A DNA stretch of 64,000 nt from the human T2T-CHM13v2.0 reference genome, Homo sapiens, in the NCBI RefSeq assembly GCF_009914755.1, contig NC_060929.1; one strand, written 5' to 3'. The notes below the pieces were generated by a model. The model made no database searches, was not told where the DNA came from, and saw only the letters and a list, made by a program, of their open reading frames with translations. Position 1 is the stretch's first letter. The number at the start of each line of letters is the position of its first letter. The position numbers and the translations under genes were made by a program. This document shows, one piece after another, positions 29,345-42,491 of the stretch.

Positions 29345-30445
29345 CCCAAAATGTCCTACTATCCAAGTTGATTTATGTATTCAAACCCTGTTAAAATGTA
29401 ATCCCTATTAAAATTCCAAAGGTATTTTTCACAGAAAAAAATATTCTAAAATTTGTATAGAACCTCCCAAAACTAGAATAGCCACAACAGTCTTGAGGAA
29501 GATGTACGAATTTGGAGGCATCACACTTCCTGATTCCAGATTATGTTATAAAGCTGTAGTAATCAAAAGATCATGATATTGGAATAAAAACAGACGCATA
29601 TACCTATGGGCCAGAATAGAGAGCCCATAAATAAACCCACACATTTACAGCCAACTAATTTCCAACAATGGCACCAAGAATACACAATGGGGAAAGGATT
29701 GTGTCTTCAATAAACGGTGTTGAATAAACTGGCTATCTATGTGGAAAGGAATGAAATTTGATGCTTGTCTTACATGATATACACAAAATTTTACTCAAAA
29801 TAATATTAAATGTAAGACCTAAACCATAAAACTCCTTGAAGGAAACTTTGGGAGAAAGTTTTCTGACATTGGCTTTAGCAATTATTTTCTGAATAAGACT
29901 CCGAAGTACAGGCAACAAAAGCAAAAATAGACAAGTGGGACTACATCAAACTAAAAAGTTCCTGACAAGAAAAGAAAACATTCAAGAACATGAAAAGGCA
30001 ACCTATGAAATGGGAGAATATATTTGCAAGCCATTTAGCTAATAAAGTGTTAATATCCAAATATATAAAGAACTCATACAACTCAATATTAGAAAAAAAT
30101 CACCCACTTACAAAAAGGGCAATGGCCTTGAATATACATTTTTTCCAAAGAAGTCATACAAATGTCTAAAAAAGCACAATATCACTAATATCAAAGAAAT
30201 GCAAATAGAAAACCCCAATGAGATATACCTTAAACCTGTTAGGAAGGTTCTTACTAAAAATTCAAAGGTTAACAAGTGTTGGTGAGGCTGTGGAGTAAAG
30301 GGACCCTTCTACACTATTGGCAAGGATATAAATTTATACAGCCATTATGAAAAATAGTATAGAAGTTCTTAAAATATTAAAAAATAACACTATCATATAT
30401 GATCTAACAATCTCACATCTGGGTGGATATTTGAAGGTAATGAAA
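29345..30445 (+). mobile_element. L1M ORF2 3' part
   Basis: GGAGGCATCACACTTCCTGA, CAAAAATAGACAAGTGGGACTACATCAAACTAAAAAG. Confidence 0.9.
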
Positions 30446-30591
30446 TCAAGAACTATAAAAGCACTGAGGGGATGGTACTAAACCATTCATGAAAACTTCA
30501 CCCCAATTACCTCCCACCAGGCCTCACCTCCAACACTAGAAATTACAATTCAATATGAGATTTGGTGGGGACACAGATCCAAACCATATCA
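30446..30591 (-). mobile_element. MSTA-like MaLR LTR 5' fragment
   Basis: GGGGATGGTACTAAACCATTCATGA...TGAGATTTGGTGGGGACACAGATCCAAACCATATCA. Confidence 0.85.
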
Positions 30592-30594
30592 AAA

Positions 30595-31225
30595 ATTAAT
30601 TTTGATAAGGCAGATAAAATATGAGATTGGAAAGGCAAATGTTATTGACTGGGGTGAAGCATCCAAAATATAGAACTGAAAATCCTGGTAAGGACTCCAA
30701 GAGATTTTGCAAACTTACTACCAAGATGGTTCCAGAAGCATGGAAAAAACTGATGCCCACCTGCTAAGTGAGGTTGATGTACAAATTTTCTGCTGGTGAA
30801 GGAAGACAATAAAATATTCAGAAAAGTGAATAAATAATGTATAAACATATCATGACAATGTTCCAAAGGAAGACTCAGAACATACGTTTATCACTGTCAT
30901 AAAAGAATGTGCTAATGAAAGGGCAGCAGCATCATTAAGAAGTTCAGTGGTAGCTATCTTTTTATTTTGTTTTGCACTGCTCTTCATGCAAAAACAAAAC
31001 AAAATAAAAACATCTAAAAACACTAGCTAGTTTTTTTTTGGCTTCTGGAGACACCATAATCTACACCTGAGAATGCTGTTTAGGCCCATATCACAGGCGA
31101 TATGAAAGGCCGTCAACTCTGAGAAAGACCTAGAGCAGAAAAGTGCGCCTCAGCTATCTCATCACTGACACTCCACTTTTGTGGAGTCTATGGTATGCCC
31201 CAGGGGGAGTACCACACCCTGTGCT
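30595..31225 (+). mobile_element. Degenerate ERVL internal fragments (gag-like then pol-like)
   Basis: GCAGCATCATTAAGAAGTTCAGTGGTAGCT (gag-like); GGCTTCTGGAGACACCATA..GGCCCATAT..AAAGGCCGTCA (pol-like). Confidence 0.5.
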
Positions 31226-31237
31226 ACTTTTCTTAAG

Positions 31238-31543
31238 TTTTTTTTATTTTTATTTTTTGAAACAGGACCTTGCTCTGTTATCCGGGCTAGAGTTCAGTGG
31301 TGCAATAATGGCTCACCACAGCCTTAACCTCATGGGCTGAAGTGATCCTCCTACCTCAGCCTCCTGAGTAGCTGAGACTACAGGCATATGCCACCAAGCC
31401 CAGCTATTCTTTTATTTGTTATTTTTGGTAGATGCAGGATTTTACCCTGTTGCTCACATTGGTCTCAAACTTCTGGGCTCAAGCAACCTTGCCTCAGCCT
31501 CCAAAAGTGTTGAGATTACAGACATGAGTCACCGAGCCTGGCC
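31238..31543 (-). mobile_element. AluJ
   Basis: Highly diverged dimer with J features (GGGCTGAAGTGATCCTCC, CTGGGCTCAAGCAA). Confidence 0.92.
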
Positions 31544-31544
31544 A

Positions 31545-32260
31545 GTTGTATTTTTATATATCAGTGGCTATCAGAAATTTAAATCTAAAAAAATTACTAT
31601 TACAGTAGCATCAAGAAACCATACACACAAACAGGAAGAAGACATAAATCTCATACAATATTTAACAAACCTTTATACTCAAAACACAAAAAGATTATTA
31701 AGCTATATTTTGAAAACAAACAATATTAAATATTTAAATATTATTTATATTTAATTTTATGTTTATACAATATATTATTTAAATATTAAAAATTTAAATA
31801 ATACAATTTACAGTTCTACAAAAAACACCAAAGCCTTAAACAGCCAAAATAAAATGAAAGGTCAGTACCTGAAAATTACACAACATTGATGAGAGAAATT
31901 AAAGAGGAGCAAAGTAAACATAAGAATGTATCTTACATTCATATACTAGAAAATCCAATGATATAAAGATGCTTATTTTAAATTCAACTATAGGCCACAC
32001 CCAGAATAATAATATTTGCCAAAATCAACATACTGGTTCTAAGATACATATGAAAATACCCAGGGCCAAAAATAGCCAAAAAAAAAATCTTAAAAAAGAA
32101 CCCTAAGCTTGATAATTTACTTAAACATACTGCTATATTGAAAGACTTGTCAAAAATCTAGAGTAATTGAAACAATGTGGGATTGGTGCAAAGATAAACC
32201 AATAGAACAATGAAACAGAATAGAGTTCCAGAAACAAACTTTTAGTCATCTAAATATAAT
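31545..32260 (+). mobile_element. Old L1M ORF2 fragment
   Basis: GAAAATTACACAACATTGATGAGAGAAATTAAAGA; ATAGAACAATGAAACAGAATAGAG. Confidence 0.7.
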
Positions 32261-34666
32261 AGAAGGGATGGGTTACATAGATAAGATAGACAATGATAAA
32301 ATGAGGGTGCCAAGAGAATTAAGTAAGTAAAACCAGGAGTACAGGTGACATTAAATTCACACAGAATGGAAGATACATGGATGCTTCAGAGACAAACAAG
32401 GATTGCATGGGTTTCTTAGATGATGGCTTCTAATTTTTTTATTAAACTAAATGTGAGAAGGGGGTGGATCAGACAGCCTGGGTAAGTTTATACATCCATA
32501 AAATACAAAGCACAAATCCAATTGTCTGTAAGTAGCAGTTATATGTGTCATTAATGCTGTATGGTCATTCTTGTTTGAGCATATAACATATAGCCAGGTG
32601 GGAAGTCCATTCATTGTGTACAATTGGGCATCAAGGCTGACGGAGCTGCACCATCTGGAGTGCTGTTCATTCCTGTGCACAGAGAGAGATATCTGGATGG
32701 TCTCAAACCGCCAATAAAACCTGCTGGCCCAGAAAGAACACTTTATTCAGACTTTGCTGACAAGAATGGTTATCTAGTTCCACCCCAGAGTCAATCCTAT
32801 TCTGGGCCAAGAGCAGCAGAAAACCAGAAATATTTTACTAATAATGATAATGACTACCACAAACAAGAAGCTTAGAATTTCAGAGTAACTGTTACAGAGA
32901 ATGAAAGAACTAATGAGGAAAAAGTTATGTTGGAGCAGGCAACACCCACCACCTAATATGGATATATAGGGACACTTGTCTCCATAATTGGATTGTAGTT
33001 TTCATTACTGCGTAACAGCTTGGTGGAAAAATGAAAAAGCATTCATTTAGAATTATCTTGAGGAAGGATTGTAAATTAATGCAAATGACATTTTTCCCCT
33101 GGGCTACTGCAAAGGAAAGATTACAATGGAAGAAACTTTATCACATTCATTTAAAAGTATTACAAGTGTTATGTTTAGTAGGATATGCAAGATAATAAAC
33201 ACGGAGGTGGTTGACTGGAAGAAATAGAGGATTCTAGGGACAAGGAGGTCATTTGAGTATTTGAAAACTTCCCAAACTGACCATAACTCCTATGATAAAT
33301 TATTGTCCACGTCCTGAGAAATGTGTGGCTAAGGTTGGAAGTTACCCAAGTCAGCTCACAATTTTAATGGGTTTTAATGTTAAGTCAAGTTCTTCAAACC
33401 TAGTCCTAAACAGGCCAGACCACTGTGTTTCCCCTTTGCTTCCCTATTATTGTAAACCAGATCTGGGACGTGTACCCTTTCTGTAGTTCAATTACAGATG
33501 GGGCTTCTGCTTCGGTCCTTTGCAATTACCGACTTACTCAACATTATTATTTTACCAATTGATCTTTTTTATACTGTAGATCTCAAGTTTTGATCCCTGA
33601 CTGGTATCTTGAAACTCCCAGGAGATATCATTAGGTATCCTTCCAGGAGAGTTGAACCAGGCTGCTGATTTTCATATGCGTTTATTTGTCATGAAATTTT
33701 ATTGGTTTCCAGTTTGCTTCCTGTGCTTGCCACCTAAATATTTTGTTTGTTACTTGAATACTCTGAGACTTTCCCCTATGACATCAAATCATGTCCCTGT
33801 TTCTGAATGGATTTATAAATTACACCTTAGATTGATATCTAGCTTGCTGTATTTGGTTTGCCATTTTCTATGACTAGCCTCTCAGGGTGTGCCTTTTCCT
33901 CCATTTCCTGTCAAACTCAATCTCAGTTCTTTGTTACACCAAACTGACTTCTTTTACCGAAGACTCAAATGCTTTTCACATAAAGTCTTTCAAAGCAAGA
34001 CAGTCCTTCGATACATAAGCCAGTATGTTAGAAAAACCACATTTTATACCTACAAAATAAATTTCCAACAATGAATAAAAGATACACCCTTAATATAACT
34101 CAACAATTATAGGAGAGAAAAATACTATACAAGACTAATTGTCCAAAAGGAATTACTGTAGGATAAAACATTTATAAAATTGTATCATATTTTTTGCCAG
34201 AAATATTGCTTTTAATTTTCTTTAAAATAGTATTTTCAATATTCTTTCCAGACTAACTTCTCCAAAATTAACAATATGTCAAATATAAAATATGGCAGTT
34301 ATTTTTGTTTGTTTTGCCCTTCATCATAGTGCTTTATCAACTCTAACTTCGTTTTCTACATTTTCTTAGATTTTTGTGTTTGCATGCAGTTGTGTGTATG
34401 TGTGTGTTTGTTTTAAAACAGTACTAACGCACTGCTAAGTAGAAGCTAGCGTGGTACGAAGTAGGCACTAAACATATTTTATTTACTATGATAATGAATT
34501 TGGAGATAACAAGAAAACGTATTCGATCACTTCTTTTATATGATTTGATGTTTTAAAAAGACTAATTCATAAAATATTTTAATACCGTATAAGATGACAG
34601 TGTTAAAAAACTGGATCGTCAATGCCATGTGTAAATAGTTTAAGTATCATTTGTTTAGTTCGTTCA

Positions 34667-34835
34667 TTTTTTTTTCTTTGTTTTCTTTGAGACAGACTCT
34701 CACTCTGTTACCCAGGGTAGAGTGCAATGGTGCAAAGACAGCTCACTGCAGCCTCGACCTCCAGGACTCACGTGACCTCCCGCCTCAGCCTCTCAAAGTG
34801 CTGGGATTACAGGCATAAGGCACCACACCCAGCTC
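34667..34835 (-). mobile_element. Monomeric Alu (left-arm 5' end fused to right-arm 3' end)
   Basis: Single arm ~165 bp with T tail; CAAAGTGCTGGGATTACAGG (left arm) plus AGTGCAATGG..CTCACTGCAGCC (right arm). Confidence 0.85.
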
Positions 34836-37060
34836 CATCATTTTTAAATACTGTGTTTCTTGGTTATATTTTAAATTTAGATAAAAGGCATTGTATATGT
34901 TGTCATAAACACAAAAACTATGCCAACGTGTTTTATATCAAATTATTTCAATTTCCAGTTCACAAAATGGAGTTTCAAGTTCAAGGAAGTAATTGGCAAG
35001 AACCATAGATAACTTCTAAGCTAGAGACAAATTAAGAAAAACACATTAAAAAAAAACCTTACTTATTAGAGTTCTCTAAATCATCACTGTTCTTCATCTA
35101 ATCATATAGTATTAACTAAGATTCCTAAATAATCTGATGTGAAATGCTTATGATATTTATGTATTTAGTGTCAGCATCTGTAGTGCCATGTAGAAAAGCT
35201 CTGTCTTAATAATGTATTTAAAATCACTGAGGAAGTCCACATTCAGTACCTAGGGAAAAGGCTATTGTTCTAAGTTGAAGACAGTGGTGTGATTCCCGGG
35301 AATATTTAAGAATGTTCTACTTTTTGTTATTTAAAAATAACCTTGTTACTATTCTCCTATTAAAATGCATTTCTGTTTTCCAAGGTAAAATCATTAATGT
35401 GGATTCATAATTAATAATGAAATGACTTCAAGATCTATTGTCAAGTTTTAAAAAGTATCAAGATACTGATGAATTTGATTGAATGAATGAAAATATTTAC
35501 TGTTAGGAGAAACATAAAACACACATCTTTATGCATTATGGTTTTTAAAATTCATAGAAAAATAGGAGTGGAAAGTCATTTACCAAAATGTTATATATTA
35601 CAATAATAATTCCTTAAGCTTACAAAAGTAGGTTGGGTGGAGGTAAGAGAGGTTTTTAAAATCTTATTATTTGTATTAGTATTATGAGAATGAATTGTGA
35701 GCAGGTAATAAAACATAACATTTAAAAATGCTTACAGTATTTTAATTCCTAGTTCTTTAGAAACATAAAATAAAATTTCAAAATTTTCCTAAAAATAACA
35801 AATTACATAAAAGTAACTTCATTGAAAATAGAAATGCTTAGTGAGGATTACATTTACCTCAGAATAAAATTTCTTACATAAAAATTTTTAATGAAAAAGA
35901 CTATTTTCTAAATACTGTTACAAGGCAATCAATATCTCCAGGAGTCTCTGAGAGCCCACAGCTTTCTCAATTATTCTTCCATTGATCCACTTGAAAAACA
36001 TTATTTTCTCTAATAATTCTATGTGAACATAACTATATTATTCCCTTTACCTGAATGGCCTCTTTAATCCTGCTTTTCTTTTTAGGATACATAATGAAAA
36101 ATTGAACATTCAGGAAATACAATTCATGTTATAAGGCTTTGTAGATCAGTGCCTATGAGCTACAAAATCATAAATGTTACATATACATTTTTAAACAAAA
36201 TATTTATCATTAAATAATTAACTTAGTTGAATAAATTAATAGTTAACTTAGTTTAATAAATAATTATTTATTAAAGTTAGTTAAAATAATAACCATTTAT
36301 TTTATTAAAATATTAATGGTTATTTACTTTGTTTTCATTTTAATAAGTATTTAATATTTTATGAACAAATATTTTCTACTTTTTATTGCTTCCCAGTGTA
36401 TGAACTTTTTCACTGAGAATTATTACACTTTTTACTTCCTTTAAGTATTAAAATAATTTTCCATTAATTACAAGTATATTTATTCCATGTACTTTACAGA
36501 ATAAATATTTAGATAGGAAAATTTGTTAGAGCACTCCAAACTACAACTGCCTATAATACCTCAATATAAAACTATTTCACTGTGCTCTTTTTGTGTTACA
36601 ATTGATTATTAAAATACTGTAAATAAAGGAAAACAATTAGTACATAACAATGTGGTTGGCAAAATGCTTGATATGGAAAACTTGAAGAAGTTGGTAAATT
36701 CTGTAAAATGTATTTTGAAAAAAAAGTTGAAAAAAATGTTGGAATATATTGAAAAATTTAACATTTGAACTTAGGAACAAACATTAAAAATAGAAGCCAA
36801 AATGTAAATTGCCTAATTTTTATTGCCCTAAAAACATAATTTTTCTAAAGAAATGAAAATAAATTTAAATAATCCTAATGCTTCTGGCACCTCTTCAAAA
36901 TCTAAGATGTCCATTTTATTAAAGATAATGATGGTTAATTGTGATAATAATGACTAATATTTGGTGAGTACCTATCATGTGCCCGACACTCTTGTATTGA
37001 TTCTGTCTTGAGTCAATGACTCTTAATTCTTACAACAAACTTGTGATGAAAATACTTTTT

Positions 37061-37559
37061 GGCATTATTCACAATAGCAAAGACTTGGAACCAACCCAAA
37101 TGTCCAACAATGATAGACTGGATTAAGAAAATGTGGCACATATACACCATGGAATACTATGCAGCCATAAAAAATGATGAGTTCGTGTCCTTTGTAGGGA
37201 CATGGATGAAATTGGAAATCATCATTCTCAGTAAACTATCACAAGAACAAAAAACCAAATACGGCATATTCTCACTCATAGGTGGGAACTGAACAATGAG
37301 ATCACATGGACACAGGAAGGGGAATATCACACTCTGGGGACTGTGGTGGGGTGGGGGGAGGGGGGAAGGATAGCATTGGGAGATATACCTAATGCTAGAT
37401 GACGAGTTAGTGGGTGCAGCACACCAGCATGGCACATGTATACATATGTAACTAACCTGCACAATGTGCACATGTACCCTAAAACTTAAAGTATAATAAA
37501 AATAAATAAATAAATAAATAAATAAAAAATAAAAAAATAAAACAAGAGAAAAAAAAAAA
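37061..37559 (+). mobile_element. 5'-truncated L1PA2 3' end
   Basis: Near-consensus L1 3' UTR; GAG (not ACA/ACG) at 37404-37406 and CTTAAAGTATAAT; long A tail; perfect TSD GAAAATACTTTTTG (37048-37061, 37560-37573); inserted in a MIR. Confidence 0.93.
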
Positions 37560-37689
37560 GAAAATACTTTTTGATGCAAGGCCATGTAAATATTCAAATA
37601 CTTTTTGTTGTTTTAAGCATGAGAAAACCAAGGCACAGTATGGTTTCAGGCCTGTCTCCAGACCTTCTGGCTTAATGTTTCCAACTTGC

Positions 37690-37905
37690 CCCTTGGGATT
37701 TACGCTTCTCCATTCTCCACCCTACTCTGTGACTTGAGAAGTCCCTTGCCCTTGTTTTCTGATTGTTTTCAATAGAAGGCATGGCCAGGAGATAAAGACA
37801 GGAGGAGAATGGGATCAGGGTATTCATTCCTCCCCCTTTTTCTGCTATGGCACTACATACTGGCTGATTCAGTCATCTAGAAGCCAGTCACAACTCTAGT
37901 CAAAC
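37690..37905 (-). mobile_element. LTR33-like old ERVL LTR fragment
   Basis: CCCTTGCCCTTG..CAATAGAAGGCATGGCCAGGAGATAAAGACAGGAGGAGA..CAGGGTATTCATTCC. Confidence 0.5.
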
Positions 37906-38371
37906 CAGTGTTTTAGCCAAGGTTCTCAAGAAAGCAGAACTTGCAGCAAAAATGTCTTCTGAGCTTAAGTAGAGATGTTTAATTCTGTTGAAATAGGACT
38001 GAATAAGACAAGGCAGGATTGAAAACTAACAACATGCATTAGCAAGCAGGACACAACTATAGCAAGAATGGCCAGTTGCTTCGTCTCCCTGGAAATCTTT
38101 AGAGAAGCTATACAGGAGAGGAGACGGAAAGGAAGTTTACCTGTTGTTCCCATCTGTCTTATGCCCAATAATCAATGTTTAATTCATACCAATCAACTTG
38201 CAAACTTCTAGATTGCATTACCTGCTCCCTTGGAAGCAATTGGAGACATCACATCTCACACCTTGCAATGAAGAACTTCAACTGAGTCTAAAAATCATGG
38301 ACTCATTTTCAGTTCTTTTGTTAAAAGTAGATCATTGGTTCTCATTTCAAAGACTGTCTCACTGCTCTCTC

Positions 38372-38672
38372 TATATATATTATTTTTCTTTGAGACATAG
38401 TCTTGCTCTGTCACCTAGGCTGGAGCGCAATGGCATGATCTCAACTCACTGCAACCTCCACCTCCCAGGTTCAAGCGATTCTTCTGCCTCAGCCTCCTGA
38501 GTAGCTGGAATTACAGGTATGCGCCACTGCGCACAGCTAATTTTGTATTTTTAGTAGAGATGAGGTTTCACCATGTTAGCCAGTCTGGTCTTGAACTCCT
38601 GACCTCAAGTGATCCACCTGCATTGGCCTCCCAAAAAGCTGAGATTACAGGTGTGAGCCACCATGCCCGGCC
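38372..38672 (-). mobile_element. AluS
   Basis: Full dimer; degenerate TSD core CA(C/T)TGCTCT. Confidence 0.95.
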
Positions 38673-38974
38673 TTCCATTGCTCTTTTCAGTGGTACCTTT
38701 GACTCAAAAATGCTTACCTTGCTGTCAAATAGTTCGCTATGTTGGCCTTGAAAAGTTTGTTTAAACTATACATAATGCTATGTTTGCATTATTTAAAGTT
38801 TAAAACTTCTGGAAAAGTTTAAACACTTTGACAAACAAATACATTTCATAGGATGACTTTTAGCATATAAATATTTGATAGCTATTTTTTTTTGTATGTC
38901 AACTTAGGAACCTAAAAGTATGCTATGCATGTAGCCACCTCCTCAATTAGTTTATAATATCATCCCTGTATACC

Positions 38975-39155
38975 AATATGTTTTAAATTGTGGCTGGTTG
39001 ATGACTTTCATGATTCTCTTGGGGTACTGGTAAATGCAAATTCATGTAGGAAAAAAGGAAAACAACTACAGAACATTGGAGGTGAGAACCAATGATCTAC
39101 ATTTAACAAAAGAACTTCAAGTGATTCTGATACACAATAAACTGTTTAAAACCAC
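38975..39155. mobile_element. MER5-like fragment
   Basis: AAATGCAAATTC...TCTACATTTAACAA..AGTGATTCTGATACAC..TTTAAAACCAC. Confidence 0.55.
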
Positions 39156-39466
39156 AATAATAAGAAACGTTATGACATTTATTTACATGGGCATCGACTG
39201 ATATAAGACTTTTAGAAAAATATGAATACTCCCTTAACTGTATATTTCAACATGATCTACAGTTGTTTGAAGACATGAACATTCTTCATATCTTCAGCAT
39301 TAAAGTGAAAGCCCCAATTTTAAGATATTTTGAGAGGAATGCTCAGATTTTAATTATCAAGTTATTTTAGATCACAATGACTTCAAAAGTTGGCTTAACC
39401 CACACTCTTCTTTGTAAAAAAAAAAAAAAGAAAGCATTTATTGACAAAATCTCTTTCAATTATTGG

Positions 39467-39884
39467 TGTAATGAATAATTTTATGTGTTGACAGGACTGG
39501 GTTTAAGGATTCCTAGACAGCTGGAAAAACTATTTCTGAGTGTCTCTGTGAGGGTTTCTGGGGAAGAAATCAGCATTTGGATCAGTAAACTGAATAAAGA
39601 AGCTCCACCCTCACTTATGTAGATGGGCATCTTCCAATCCATTGAGGACTTAGAACAAAATGAAAGAGGAAGGGTGAATTTGCTTTCTCTTCTGCAACTG
39701 GGACATCCATCTTCTCTTGCCCTTGAAAATCAGAACTCCAAGTTCTTGGGCCTTCATATGTTAGGACTTGCATCAGCGGCCCCTCCACATTCTCAGACCT
39801 TCAACTTTGGACAGAGAGTTACACCATTGGCCCTTTGGATTCTCCCGCCTTTAGAGACAGAATAACACAGCATCAGCTTTCCTG
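39467..39884 (+). mobile_element. MLT2C/D-like ERVL LTR, 3'-truncated
   Basis: TGTAATGAATAATTTTATGTGT..TTTCTGAGTGTCTCTGTGAGGGT..CTGGGACATCCATCTTCTC..CATCAGCTTTCCTGG. Confidence 0.8.
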
Positions 39885-40036
39885 GTGGCAAGGAGGTGCC
39901 ATCATGAACCAAGATAGCGCCCTCTCTGGATATAAAAGCTGTGGGCTCCTTGTTCATGGACTTCCCAGCCTTCAGAACTGTGAGAAATAAATTTCTGTTG
40001 TTCATAAGCTACTCAGTCTTTGGTATTTTGTTATCG
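39885..40036 (+). mobile_element. MST/MLT1A-type LTR 3' end
   Basis: GGACTTCCCAGCCTTCAGAACTGTGAGAAATAAATTTCTGTTGTT...GGACTAAGACA. Confidence 0.85.
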
Positions 40037-42491
40037 CAGCTAAATGGACTAAGACAATTAGAAAGTAAAATTTCCAAGCCTTCAGGTGTTAATTCTCTTA
40101 CTGCATTCTAGTTAATCTTGGTCTTCAGTGCTATGGTAATGTGCATTGCTGTTATTGCATGAAATATAGATCTATTAATTTCTGAATATAAAAGGGAATT
40201 CAAGAATCTTGTGGCAATTATGTTGTTACATATTTAAAAATTGCCTCTCCATCCTGTCTTCCTCCAAGTAGATTTGTACCACTCTGCAATACTGAAAAAT
40301 TCCAATTTTGTTTTACATTTTTAACTGACATTCTAAGTGTTTCGTTTTGTATTTTTTTTAAAAATGTCTCTCACTAAGGCTACTGTAAGTAGTTTGTCAT
40401 TTGCTTTTTGTGTTTTAGATATCTTGTCAGTATTAGTCTAGGCTCTTGGACTGATTCTCACTTTGAGTTTCACCCTTGAGCCCTGTGGTGTGGTATCTAA
40501 ATTTATGCCCAGTGCCTCTTTGTGATATCTACTGTGGAATTAGAGTAATCATCTTAAGAACTGAAAGGTCACTCTCTAAATAGAGTATTTCAGGCAGCAG
40601 TTGTCTTGAATTCCCACTACAGATGCTTCTTTACCAACTCTTTTAAGAGCAGGCTGTCAGCCAAACATGGCTTGTGTGTGATGAAACTTCATGGATATGT
40701 GTCAGACATTTGAAAATCTGGCATTCATTTAATATTTTTGGTATTGTGAGAAGTCTATCTTCACATGCCTCTGACATGTTTAATGAACCTGTCAAGTACC
40801 AGGCATTAATTTTTTATAACCTGTACAGAATTGACAGGTGCCAGGAGCTATAGTGACAAATATACAATCTACTATTTACACAAAATATTAATTGTCTCTA
40901 TAGATAATCATGGAACCAATGTTTATTTTTACACAGTGCTTATAATCGAATGAGTATTTTAGGTACAACTGGAAGTAAAATAGGTAATATTCTGTAAATG
41001 TCAGTAAAAATGTTACCCTTAAGGAAAATTGTATGAGCTCTCTGTATCTATATAGCAGTGTATTTCTATTATGAAAAAAAAAACAAAACTACCAGTGGAA
41101 TGAAAAGCAAAGCAAAACAGATCAAATAAGCAATAAGCAGAAACTTGGCTTCCTTATCATGTTAGGAACATTTATGTCTCAGACTTGTATTAGAAAGATG
41201 GGTTGATGAAATCCTGTTGATGAAATCTGGAATCCAGTATCTATTCAGTTTTTAACTTTGTAATTTCTTTTTAGATTAAAATTATCTTTTCCAGAGGTTG
41301 AATCAAGGCAGTAAACAAAATTCCATGTCCTTACTATACCTTACTATTAAGATTTTACAGTGGATGACTCATCTCCAATAACACTTCGGGGAAAATGAGG
41401 AGCCCCTAAGGCCATCTTATTGTGTTTTTGAAAAGTATATATTCAGTGAAAAGAAGCAAAGCCCCCAAATAAAAGAGTGACCAAGATGTCTTTGTGTGTT
41501 TTTTTTTTCGTGGTGGAGTTGGGTACATATTTTGGGTTGTGAAGCTTGTGCTGAAGTAGCAGAGCAGAAATAATCACATTCTTAGAATTTGTTCTTTTTC
41601 AAGCATCTGTGGAATAACCAATATCAATTATTATTCACTATTCAGTTCCATAAACCATGTATTTAATAAAAAACCTTCTATATTTTAGGAAGAAGAAACC
41701 AGTATGCTCTAGTTTTTACTGGTATTCTGAGCTAAGGATTTCCTAAATTTTTATATAACATTAAGAATAGTTTGTCTGCAGTATATATTATTGTATTGGC
41801 CATTCTTGGTTGATTTGCCCAGCTGACAAGTAATGTGTTCTTTCAAAATGCAGATTCATCTCTCTCTTTCTTTTTTTCTGTCTTTTCTGTTTTCTCTCTC
41901 TATCTCTCAAAGTAGGGGTACAGTGTTGGTTGTTTTGGCCTAGAATTTAATACAGGATCATGCATGAAATTTAATTGCCTTGCCCCTGCTTCTATTCATT
42001 CTGAAATAGTTCTTCAACTCTCCTGTGTTTTATACGATTTACTTATTTTTAAATTTTTGGAAATTTTTATTTAATTATAATTTTTAATATTTGTTTTGTT
42101 CTACTTTATCTGTTGTCCTTTGTCTACTCTTATCTTTCTTTAAAAAAACATTTTATCTTTTTCATCTATTTTTCTTACCATAGTTGATTGTGATTATTAA
42201 ATTTTTATCCCTTTCACTTTTGTCTTTATATCCAAACTGATTTTATTGTGTTTTAGTTATTTTAGAGTTTCGTCACTTTATTTTATAATTCTCCCTGTTC
42301 TTCAATCATCTTATTCTGATTACTGCTGTTTTTTTCAAAAAGATTTCTTCTTTTTCTTTATTTTTTTTAGCTTGTTTTGAAATATTTGTTAGAGCTTTTT
42401 AGGCTTTTTTGTTCAAATGTCTTTCTAGCAATTCCTTGTTATTCATAGGTATTTTTTCTTAACTTTTTAACAATGATAATTGTTAATTATT

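Noticed and set aside
28156-29371. Dense cluster of overlapping ORFs
   Set aside because: They are fragments of the THE1 MaLR internal region, broken by stops.
37061-37559. Active L1HS-Ta insertion
   Set aside because: It has GAG rather than ACA, and A rather than G at the 3' diagnostic site, and only the 3' end is present.
41695-41728. Small hairpin AGAAACCAGTA...TACTGGTATTCT
   Set aside because: A short imperfect stem expected by chance; no ncRNA family features.
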